A stretch of DNA of 64,000 nt, taken from NCBI GenBank assembly GCA_963663815.1, contig OY760734.1; one strand, 5' to 3'. This DNA is from Vicinamibacterales bacterium (GTDB taxonomy: Bacteria > Acidobacteriota > Vicinamibacteria > Vicinamibacterales > UBA8438). Positions 9,877 through 18,059 of this stretch are shown piece after piece (the first letter of the stretch is position 1; each line of letters starts with the position of its first letter). Both the position numbers and the translations under genes were made by a program. A model generated the notes under the pieces. The model made no database searches and was not told the origin of the DNA. It worked only from the letters and a program-made list of their open reading frames with translations.

Positions 9877-11520
9877 TCACCGGCCAGCGGCGTTGTCGCC
9901 GGTCCGCGTCGGCCGGCGAATGGGCCGGCCGGCCAGCGCGCCGGTCGCCTCGCCGTCGCGTATCGCGAAGCGGCCGTTGACGAGCACGTGCACCGTCCCC
10001 TCCGAGTGCTGCCGCGGGTCTTCGTAGGTGGCGCGATCGCGGACAAGGTCGCGGTCGAACACCGCGACGTCGGCGGCGGCGCCGGGCCGCAGGTACCCGC
10101 GGTCGTCCAGGCGCAGGAAGTCGGCGGCGAGGCCGGTCATGCCGCGGACGGCGAACGGCATCGCGATGACCTGCTCGTCGAGCACGAACTGGCGGAGCTT
10201 GCGCGTGAAGGCCCCGAAGACGCGGGGGTGCGTGACGTTCTGCGCGGGAGACGGCGTGCGGCCGTCGGTGCAGGTCATCATCCACGGTTGCCGCGCCAGG
10301 TAGCGCGTGTTCTCGATGTCGTAGAGATCGAGGTTCATCACCGCCGCGTTGCCGTCGGCGAGGATGCGCCGCACCGCCGCGGGTACCGGCAGCTCCCACC
10401 CGGCCGCCACGTCGGCGAGGGTCCGGCCGTTCAGCTCGGGCCGCGGGTCGGCGAACAGGAGCTTCTCGGCGCCCCCACGGATCGCCAGCATCTCCATCGT
10501 CTCGACGTCGAGCCGCCGGACGGTCTCGGGGTCGCGGAACCGCTCGAGCATCTCGTCGCGGCCCCCGTTCGAGGCCCACCGCGGAATCGTGTAGGCGGCC
10601 AGGCTCGACTGGGTCGCGGTGTAGACGTGCTGCGCCGCCGCCACCTCCACGCCCCGCGCGCGCGCCTCCTCGATCAGGCGCGCCCCCTCGGGCGCGCGGC
10701 CGTAGTTCTGCGCGCCCTGCGCGTTGAAGTGGCTGAAGATGGCGCGCAGCCCCGCGCTCTCGGCGATCCGGATCCCCTCGCGTATCGACTCGAGATAGCC
10801 GACACCCCGGTAGCTGGCGCCGAGGTCGCGATCGTGGGTGTCGTAGATGCCGTCGAACGCCGCCGCGACCCGCGCCAGCTCGATGACCTCCCCGGTGGTC
10901 GCGTAGTAGCCCGGCACGTAGAAGAGCCCGGTCGAGAGGCCGAACGCCCCCTCGTCCATGGCCCGCCGGATCAGCGCGCGCATCTCGTCGAGCTCGGCCG
11001 GCGTGGGCGCGCGGTCATCCTCGCCGATCACCCGTCTCCGGATCTCGCCGTGACCCGCGTAGGCGAACGTGTTCACCCCGATGCGACCCTCGAGCCCGGC
11101 GAACAGCCCGGCGACGTCGGGCGTGCCCCCGCCGTCCACGCCAATCGCCACCGTGGTGATGCCCTGATGGAGGAACGCCAGCGCGTCCCGGCCGAAGTCC
11201 TCCGTCAGCTCGGCGTGCGAGTGCATGTCGATGAAGCCGGGCGTGACCATCAGCCCGTCGACGTCCACGACCACGGCGGCGTCGAGGCCGGCCGCCGCCG
11301 CGTCGCCCACGAAGCTGATGCGCTCTCCCGTCACGCCGACGTCCTGGCGGACCGGGGATTGTCCCGAGCCGTCGTGGACGAGACCGCCGACCAGCAGGAG
11401 GTCGGCGGCCGGCTGGGCGCGGAGATAGTCGATCCCGGCGGTCGACAACACCGCCACCGCGACGGCGGACAAGAGCGCCCGGTACCGCCGGCGCATGTGA
11501 AGGTCGTTCCTGACAGGCAT
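9877..11520 (-). CDS. N-acyl-D-amino-acid deacylase-like amidohydrolase, secreted
   Basis: 'PGFIDMHSH', 'GAFGLSTGLFYVPG', 'HPRVFGAFTR', 'RG.L.PG..AD'; N-terminal signal peptide. Confidence 0.88.
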   Translation of the reverse strand: MPVRNDLHMRRRYRALLSAVAVAVLSTAGIDYLRAQPAADLLLVGGLVHDGSGQSPVRQDVGVTGERISFVGDAAAAGLDAAVVVDVDGLMVTPGFIDMHSHAELTEDFGRDALAFLHQGITTVAIGVDGGGTPDVAGLFAGLEGRIGVNTFAYAGHGEIRRRVIGEDDRAPTPAELDEMRALIRRAMDEGAFGLSTGLFYVPGYYATTGEVIELARVAAAFDGIYDTHDRDLGASYRGVGYLESIREGIRIAESAGLRAIFSHFNAQGAQNYGRAPEGARLIEEARARGVEVAAAQHVYTATQSSLAAYTIPRWASNGGRDEMLERFRDPETVRRLDVETMEMLAIRGGAEKLLFADPRPELNGRTLADVAAGWELPVPAAVRRILADGNAAVMNLDLYDIENTRYLARQPWMMTCTDGRTPSPAQNVTHPRVFGAFTRKLRQFVLDEQVIAMPFAVRGMTGLAADFLRLDDRGYLRPGAAADVAVFDRDLVRDRATYEDPRQHSEGTVHVLVNGRFAIRDGEATGALAGRPIRRPTRTGDNAAGR

Positions 11521-11638
11521 GACGGAGTCCTGAAGCCGTTGCCGCGACGCGGCGTGAGCTCTCTGCGCTCCCCTCCCACCGACATCGCCCGCGCGTCGAC
11601 CCGCGGGACCCGCGAGAAACGGGGCCGCACGGCGGCGG

Positions 11639-12031
11639 TCACCGGGCCGGAGTCACGACCACGGCGGACGGGATGTTGGGGCTCTCGGGATTGACGGTCA
11701 CTTCCTGCTTTCGCGGGTTGACCACGAGGTCCATGTCCTCCAGGGGAATGGCCCCCAGCAACACGCTCTCGCCCATGACGAGCGCGCCGGTGAAGCACGA
11801 CCGGTTTCCGAAGCCGACCTGCACGGGCCCGACATACGGAACCGAGACGCGGCTCCCGGTCGCCGTCGTCACCTCCCGCCGTTCCAGCTCCGACAGGCTC
11901 AACTGCACGGCGACGTGCTCCGGAATGCAGAGCGTGATCGCCCCGGTGTCTACCATCGCCACGACCCGGAGGGCGGCCAGCTCGCGGTTGCGCGGATTCG
12001 ACAGCTCCACTTCCGTATGTATCAGCCCCAT
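11639..12031 (-). CDS. Clan AA (retropepsin-like) aspartic protease
   Basis: 'VDTGA' catalytic motif and 'LLGAIPLEDMDLVVNP'. Confidence 0.85.
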   Translation of the reverse strand: MGLIHTEVELSNPRNRELAALRVVAMVDTGAITLCIPEHVAVQLSLSELERREVTTATGSRVSVPYVGPVQVGFGNRSCFTGALVMGESVLLGAIPLEDMDLVVNPRKQEVTVNPESPNIPSAVVVTPAR

Positions 12032-12214
12032 GATCGTTCCGACGGATCGTTCCGAGCAAGGCCCGTGTCGTCGCCGGGTCGCCGAGTGCTCCCACCATCC
12101 TACAGGGAATCGCCGCCTCCGGCCGGAGGCGGCGCCGTGCTGCCGCTGGCGGGAACGCGATTCGTGCCCGCGGGTCCGAATCGCGCCCCGCCGATCCTGC
12201 CGGAGTCCCGCGCC

Positions 12215-13015
12215 CTACGGCGCGGGCTCCTCGGGCTTCCTCGCCTCGAGGAGCTCCTGGCGGGTCTGCAGCTCGTTGCGCACGCGGATCACCCCGGGCG
12301 TCCGGCGAGCGATGCTCTCCGCGAGAATCCGGTCCCCCTGGTCGAAGACCACGCCCTTCAGCGTCACGTAACCGTTGCGGACGATGATCGACATCCGGGG
12401 CGCGAGCCCGAGGTAGCGGTCGAACTGCGAACGGCCGAATATCTGCCGGGCGAGAAGGTTGCGCAGCCGCTCGTCGTGGATGCCCGGCGACAGGACCTCG
12501 AGCTCGTCGACGATCGCCTGCACCCCGCGCACCTTCGAGATGCGCTCGTAGAGGTCGGCCGGCTTGTCGGGGCGCGCCGTCACGTCTCCTTGCAGGGTCA
12601 CCACGCCGTTCTCGACGGTGACGTCCACGTAGTCGAACACCGAGTAGTAGGGATAGCGCACGATGGCCTGGCCCACCGCATTGCCGAGCTCCTTGTCGGT
12701 CTCGGGCATCCCGATGATCAGATCGCTCATGACGTCGAGGACGCCGTCGGTCCCCCGCGCCCGCTCGATCGCCCACTCCTTGTCCCAGAGCGTCGCCAGG
12801 GTGCCGGCCAAAGTGACCTCCCCGTCGCGGACGGTGACCTCGACGCGGTCCGCCACCGCCGCCTCGTCCGCGAGCCGCCGCTCCACCGCCTGCCGCAGCG
12901 CGTCGTCCGTCCCGTTCGCCGCGGCGCCCGTCGCGGCCAGCGTCAACGCCAGCATCCCCGCCGTCACCGCCACCGTGCCCACCCGACCCACTCGCCTGCG
13001 AACCGTCGCTGTCAT
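12215..13015 (-). CDS. BON-domain (OsmY-like) periplasmic protein, three BON repeats
   Basis: Signal peptide; three 'V.V.xG.VTL.G ... GV..V...L' units; GGAGG RBS before ATG 13015. Confidence 0.88.
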   Translation of the reverse strand: MTATVRRRVGRVGTVAVTAGMLALTLAATGAAANGTDDALRQAVERRLADEAAVADRVEVTVRDGEVTLAGTLATLWDKEWAIERARGTDGVLDVMSDLIIGMPETDKELGNAVGQAIVRYPYYSVFDYVDVTVENGVVTLQGDVTARPDKPADLYERISKVRGVQAIVDELEVLSPGIHDERLRNLLARQIFGRSQFDRYLGLAPRMSIIVRNGYVTLKGVVFDQGDRILAESIARRTPGVIRVRNELQTRQELLEARKPEEPAP

Positions 13016-13112
13016 GTTCTCCTCCGTTCCTCCAAGTAATCGCAAACCCCCGCGACCTACCGGCTGACCGAGGCCCCGGCCCGCGGCGGCGTCCTGGCTG
13101 AACCTATCTTAA

Positions 13113-13127
13113 GCATGAAGTGTGCCA
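13113..13127 (-). promoter_or_regulatory. Putative sigma-54 (-24/-12) promoter of the BON gene
   Basis: Minus strand TGGCACACTTCATGC = GG-N10-GC, ~100 bp upstream of the start. Confidence 0.55.
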
Positions 13128-13311
13128 ACCCTGGCGTGGGAGCACCAGTCTTCGTATCCCATTGCCACAAAGAGACTTCATCGGATGAACACGCTGCCTC
13201 GGCACGCCGAACGTCCTCACGAGTGGACACTCCATGCACCAACCGGAGGCCGCGCCGGCCCCGGTGGTTGTTCTGCGGCGCCCCCGAGGTACAGGCCGGC
13301 CGCGGCGCGAA

Positions 13312-13468
13312 GCCGCTTCCGCCCTGTCGGTCCGCCCCCGGGTCGAGTCGGTCTTCCAGGCCCTCATCCCGACCGTGTGGTGCGGCCATGCCGCTTCCGT
13401 CCTGTCGGTCCGCTCCCACGTGAATTCGGGTCTTCCGGGCCCTCATCCCGACCTCGGGAGTGCGGCCT
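13312..13468. repeat. Two imperfect tandem ~78-bp intergenic repeats
   Basis: GCCGCTTCCG.CCTGTCGGTCCGC...GTCTTCC.GGCCCTCATCCCGACC...TGCGGCC starting at 13312 and 13390. Confidence 0.8.
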
Positions 13469-13549
13469 TCGTCACACCTGGGCGCCCGTGTCACGGCGCG
13501 GGTAGACTGCTATGATGAAGGCTCATCCGATACCCAAAGGGAGGCTGAC

Positions 13550-14533
13550 ATGAGTCATCGCTGTCGCAGGTTCGTCGGCGTCGCGGCGCTCGTGTTCGTG
13601 GTCGGGTCACTCGCGCCGGCCATCGCGCTGGCCCAGGACGAGGCCCCGCGGACGGCCTGGGGGCGGCCGGACCTGCAGGGCGTGTGGGACTTCCGCAGCA
13701 TCACCCCGCTGCAGCGGCCCGAGGACCTCGCCGACCGGGAGTTCCTGAGCGAGGAGGAGGCGGCCGAGCTCGAGCAGAACGCGGTGAACCGCGACATCCG
13801 CCTGTGGGAGCAGGGCCCGCGCCGCACCGAGGCCGGCGGGAACGTCGGCGGCTACAACAACTTCTGGATGGACCGGGGGCTGCGGGCGGTCGAGACCCGG
13901 CGCACCTCGCTCATCACCTGGCCGCCGAACGGCCGGATGCCGGCCATGACCCCCGTCGCGCAGCGGCGCGCGGACGAGCGGCGCGACCACCTGCGCGAGA
14001 ACCCCGCCGGCTCGTGGGAGGACTTCAGCGCCGGCGTGCGCTGCATCCTCGGCTTCAACGCCGGCCCGCCGTTCACGCCGAGCGCCTACAACAACAACAT
14101 GCAGCTCTTCCAGACCGAGGACCACGTGGTCATCGTCACCGAGATGGTGCATACCGCCCGCATCGTCCCCCTCGACGGCCGGCCGCGCCTCGACCCCGAC
14201 GTCCGGCAGTGGTCGGGCGACTCGCGGGGCCGCTGGGAGGGCGACACCCTCGTCATCGAGACGCGCAACTTCGACGCCAAGCGTCGCTGGCGGAACACCA
14301 GCGACGGCGCCCGGCTCGTCGAGCGGCTGACCCGCGTCGACGCCGACACCCTGAACTACGAGTTCACGGTCACCGATCCCGAGACGTGGACGAGCCCGTG
14401 GACCGCGTCGGTCCCCCTGGCGCTGAACCCGGAGCCGATGTTCGAGTACGCCTGCCACGAGGGCAACTACTCGATGCCCCTGATGCTCGGGGGGCAGCGG
14501 AACATCGAGTTGAACGCGTCGAACGAGCCGTAG
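13550..14533 (+). CDS. Secreted conserved hypothetical protein ('PDLQGVW...EYACHEGN' family)
   Basis: Signal peptide, GGAGG RBS, clear paralog at 32874-33896. Confidence 0.85.
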   Translation: MSHRCRRFVGVAALVFVVGSLAPAIALAQDEAPRTAWGRPDLQGVWDFRSITPLQRPEDLADREFLSEEEAAELEQNAVNRDIRLWEQGPRRTEAGGNVGGYNNFWMDRGLRAVETRRTSLITWPPNGRMPAMTPVAQRRADERRDHLRENPAGSWEDFSAGVRCILGFNAGPPFTPSAYNNNMQLFQTEDHVVIVTEMVHTARIVPLDGRPRLDPDVRQWSGDSRGRWEGDTLVIETRNFDAKRRWRNTSDGARLVERLTRVDADTLNYEFTVTDPETWTSPWTASVPLALNPEPMFEYACHEGNYSMPLMLGGQRNIELNASNEP

Positions 14534-14657
14534 GCGTCCGCGCCGTGGAACGGCGCGGCCGGGCGGGAGCGCCGGCGCGATCCGCTCCTCCACCTCTTCG
14601 CCGAGATGACCCGGGTGGGACCACCCGGCCGGGCGCGGCTCCGACCCCGGTGTCGGG

Positions 14658-15980
14658 TCAGCCAACGTCCTCCAGCAGCCAGCGGGCGGCCGGGCTCCAG
14701 ACGATGCGATCGGGAAGCGGGCGCGGCGGCGGAGAAGCGTCGAGGGTCACGAGAAGGAGGCGCGCATCGCCGCCGCAGGCCCGGCCCGCCGACCGGAGCG
14801 CGCGCACCTCCCGCTCCCAGGTCGCGTCGTCGGCGGTGTCGAGGCAGACCTGCACGAGCAGCGGCGCCTCTCCCGGCCGGTGCGCGAAGAAGTCGACCTC
14901 CCACCCTTCGGCGGTGCGCAGGTAGGAGACGGCCCAGCCGCGCCGCTCCAGCTCCAGCAGGACGGCGGTCTCCAGGGCCCGCCCCTGGTGGCTGCGGCCG
15001 GGCTGCGCGAACAACGAGATCAGTCCCGTGTCCACCGGGTAGGCCTTCCGGGGGTTGACCATCCGCTGCCGCTCCGAGGCGGCGTGCAGGGAGACGGTGC
15101 GGACGAGAAAGGCGTCCTCCAGGTAGCCGAGGTACGCGTGCAGCGTGTCCTTGCCCACCCGAACCCCCTGCGAGCGCAGGGTGTCGTAGTGCTTCTTGAC
15201 CGAGAAGGCGCCGCCGGAGTGAGCCAGCAACTGCCGCTGCAGCCAGCGCAACGCGAGCGGATTGGTGACCGCGTGCCGATCGATCACGTCGCGCAGGACG
15301 ACCACGTCGACGTAGCCGGCGAGCAGCGCGTTCCGGTCGCGCGGGTCCGCGCCCTGCGCCTCGGGGAAGCCCCCGTCGACGAGATAGCGCCGCAGGCGCG
15401 CGTCGAGCGCCACCGCCGGCCATGTCCCCGCCCCGGCCTGCGCCGGCGGCTCGTCCCCGGTGTGGCGCAGCGCTTCGCGGAAGCTGAACGGATGGACCAG
15501 CACCTCCATCGCGCGGCCGCGCAGGCTCGTCGCCACCTCGCGGCTCAGGAGACGGGCCGAGGAGCCGGTGACGAAGAACTCGACGCCGCCGGCGTCCATC
15601 AGGCGGCGGACCAGTCCCTCCCACCCCGGCACGACCTGGACCTCGTCCAGGTACACGGTGACACCGTCCGCGCCCTGGAGGTGCGGAAACCGGCGGACGT
15701 GCTCGTCGATCAGCCAGCCCAGGTCGGCGACGGTGAAGCCGGCGAGCCGCTCGTCCTCGAGCAGCAGCAGCAATTGTGACTCGGGGAGGGCGCCCGCGGC
15801 CAGGCGCGCGGCCCGGACCTGGGCGAGAAACGACGTCTTGCCGCTGCGCCGCACGCCGATGACGGCGAACGCCTTGCCGGGGATGGCGGGGAGCCGCACG
15901 TCGCGACGGGTCAGGCGCCGGCCCGGGCTGGCCAGCGACTCGTCGAGCTTGCCGCGCAGGATCTCCCGGGATATTGTCAC
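14658..15980 (-). CDS. AAA_14 ATPase with DUF4143 (C-terminal PD-(D/E)XK-like) domain
   Basis: Walker A 'GVRRSGKT', Walker B 'LDEVQ', 'TGSS', 'GGFPE', 'K.Y.VDTG', 'EVDF...LVQV'. Confidence 0.9.
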   Translation of the reverse strand: MTISREILRGKLDESLASPGRRLTRRDVRLPAIPGKAFAVIGVRRSGKTSFLAQVRAARLAAGALPESQLLLLLEDERLAGFTVADLGWLIDEHVRRFPHLQGADGVTVYLDEVQVVPGWEGLVRRLMDAGGVEFFVTGSSARLLSREVATSLRGRAMEVLVHPFSFREALRHTGDEPPAQAGAGTWPAVALDARLRRYLVDGGFPEAQGADPRDRNALLAGYVDVVVLRDVIDRHAVTNPLALRWLQRQLLAHSGGAFSVKKHYDTLRSQGVRVGKDTLHAYLGYLEDAFLVRTVSLHAASERQRMVNPRKAYPVDTGLISLFAQPGRSHQGRALETAVLLELERRGWAVSYLRTAEGWEVDFFAHRPGEAPLLVQVCLDTADDATWEREVRALRSAGRACGGDARLLLVTLDASPPPRPLPDRIVWSPAARWLLEDVG

Positions 15981-16030
15981 TGCGAAAGTGACAATATCCC
16001 AAGATTAGTCACTGCGTAAAGGACAATTCT
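15968..16030. promoter_or_regulatory. Palindromic operator-like site over the AAA_14 start codon
   Basis: Perfect 13-bp IR GGGATATTGTCAC-N7-GTGACAATATCCC (15968-16000) plus a second similar GTCACTGCG.AAAG.GACAAT copy. Confidence 0.55.
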
Positions 16031-16111
16031 CAAAGACAGCGACCCAATCAGCCGTCCGACGTCAGCGACAGGGGCTCGAGGACTACGTTTTGTAGTAGAA
16101 TTGACCACACC

Positions 16112-16537
16112 ATGACTGCAATTCGTGTCACAGACGCAACGACCGACAAGCGCGCACGATCGATCCGTGTCTCGTCGACCGCGTACTCCCACCTCGTCGA
16201 GGTGGCGCGTCAAATGGGTACCACCATCTCCTTCGCAGCCAACCTGCTCATCATCCACGGGACCGTCCGGGTCGTAGCTGCAACGACGGGCGAGAGCTCC
16301 CGCTCGATCCGTATCTCGCCCGCCGCGTACAACTGCGTCGTCGACAGGGCGCGTCAGATGGACCTCAGTATCTCCTACACGGCCCATCTGCTCATCACGA
16401 GCGGAACGAAGGCAACCATCGAGGACGCGCTGCTCGCGCGCGCACGCCAGCCTCCCGTCATCGGTCCCGAGAAAGCCGCGGAGACCACGAAGCGGCTTAT
16501 CCGCACGAATGCCGAGCTGTTTCGGCGGCTGTCTTGA
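16112..16537 (+). CDS. Putative antitoxin with two tandem ribbon-helix-helix-like repeats
   Basis: 'RSIRVSSTAY..LV..ARQM..TISFAANLLI' is repeated as 'RSIRISPAAY..VV..ARQM..SISYTAHLLI'; C-tail 'RLIRTNAELFRRLS'; stop overlaps the Doc start. Confidence 0.7.
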   Translation: MTAIRVTDATTDKRARSIRVSSTAYSHLVEVARQMGTTISFAANLLIIHGTVRVVAATTGESSRSIRISPAAYNCVVDRARQMDLSISYTAHLLITSGTKATIEDALLARARQPPVIGPEKAAETTKRLIRTNAELFRRLS

Positions 16538-16938
16538 TGCCGCCGCTCGTCCACCCGACGGTGCCAGCCGTCAAGTCGATCCACCGCGAAGTGCTTGCGG
16601 CCCACGGAGGAGCGCCCGGATTGAGGGATGAAACGCGGCTGGAATCCGCGGTGGCGGCGCCGCAGGCGACAATGCTGGGCGAGCTCCTGCTCGCCGATCC
16701 GGTGGAAATCGCAGCGGCGTACCTGTTCTACCTGTGCCGGAACCATCCCTTCGTGGACGGCAACAAGCGCGTAGCGCTGGCCACCTGCCTGGTCTTCCTC
16801 AGCGAAAACGGTCTGCTGCCGAGCGATCGCCTCGATGCGGACGCGTGGGAAGCCCTGACGCTCGACGTGGCAGCCAGTCGGCTCGACCGGGCGCAGACCA
16901 CGTCGCGTCTGCGCCGTCTTCTCGCCGTGGGGCAATGA
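16534..16938 (+). CDS. doc: Death-on-curing (Doc/Fic) family toxin
   Basis: 'HGG..GLRD...LESA', 'NHPFVDGNKRVA'. Confidence 0.9.
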   Translation: MMPPLVHPTVPAVKSIHREVLAAHGGAPGLRDETRLESAVAAPQATMLGELLLADPVEIAAAYLFYLCRNHPFVDGNKRVALATCLVFLSENGLLPSDRLDADAWEALTLDVAASRLDRAQTTSRLRRLLAVGQ

Positions 16939-16990
16939 GCTGCACGACGGGCCGGGCCTTCAAGCGACCCGGCGGCGCGCCGGAGCCCGA

Positions 16991-18059
16991 TCAGCCGTCC
17001 GACGTCAGCGACAGCGGCTCGAGGTCGACGCGCCCCGTGCTGTCGCCGAAGCGGTCGGCCGGCACCCCCGCCTTGTCGAGCAGGCCCAGGAGCAGGTTGG
17101 CCATGGGGGTCGCGCCCGAGCTGCAGGCTGAAGACGCGGGTGATGTCGGCCTGCCAGGTCAGGAGCAGGAGGTCGAACAGCAGCCGGGCGTGCTCGTCGT
17201 AGGTCTCGGGAATGCCGACGGGCCGGTCGGGCAGGGCGAGGGCCGAGTCGCCGGCCTGGGCCTCGGCGCGCTGGATGCGGCGCTCGACCTCGCGCACCGC
17301 GTCGACGTACTGATCCACCCGCGCGCGGTCGCCGGGGCCGAGGCTGCGCACGAGCCGAGCCATGTCGTCGCTGACCGAGTCGAGGATGCTGCGGTCGCGC
17401 CGCATCTCGGCCCGCCGCTCGTCCACGGTGCCGCCGTCCCCGAACAGCCGCTCGAACACCATGCGGGGGTTGTTCTCCATCGGCAGCGGCGTCGTCGGCG
17501 ACGACCACGACAGGGTGTTCACGTAGACGCAGTTGTAGCCGTTGTCGCAGTTGCCGACGAGGAAGCTGTTCTCCAGGGTCAGCTCGAGCGACGGCAGCCG
17601 CGTGTCGCGGCACAACTCGCGGGCCGCGATCTGGTCGACGGTGGTGGCGAGGCGGACGTCTGCGCCCTCGGTCATCTTGGGCCGCGCCGCGCTCAGCCAG
17701 CTCGCGTTCGACCGGGTGTGCTCGGCGTTGCCGTCGGTGCCGTTGCCCTGCGCGTTCTTGTGCTCCATGTTCGTGAGCACGAGCATCTGGCGCTGCACCG
17801 GCGAGAGGGCCTGCAGGATCGGCGAGAGCTCGAGCGCGCCGCCCTCGCCCGGCGGCGTCCACTGGTTCTGGCCCTCGGGCGCCCACGTCACCGAGCCGTG
17901 GGGGAAGTAGATGAAGCCGAGCCGGCGCACCGGGTTGGCGGAGGTCTTGGCGGCGGCGGTCAGGGCCGGCACCATCGCGTCCAGCAGCGGCAGGGCCAAG
18001 GTGGCCCCCATCCCCCGGATGAACGTCCGTCGAGGCAGATGCGTCTTGGTGATGATCAT
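16991..18059 (-). pseudogene. DUF1552 protein with internal deletion and frameshift
   Basis: 'MIITKTHLPRRTFIRG..TLALPLLDAM' start; after 'ADITRVFSLQLGR' (~17112) it jumps out of frame to 'TPMANLLLGLLDK...GDSTGRVDLEPLSLTSDG*'; ~90 aa present in the paralog at 55222 are missing. Confidence 0.8.

Larger units (their letters stand above)
16047..17024. mobile_element. 943-bp TA cassette flanked by 35-bp direct repeats (duplicated DUF1552 3' end)
   Basis: ATCAGCCGTCCGACGTCAGCGACAG(G/C)GGCTCGAGG at 16047-16081 and 16990-17024, 34/35 identical. Confidence 0.75.
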
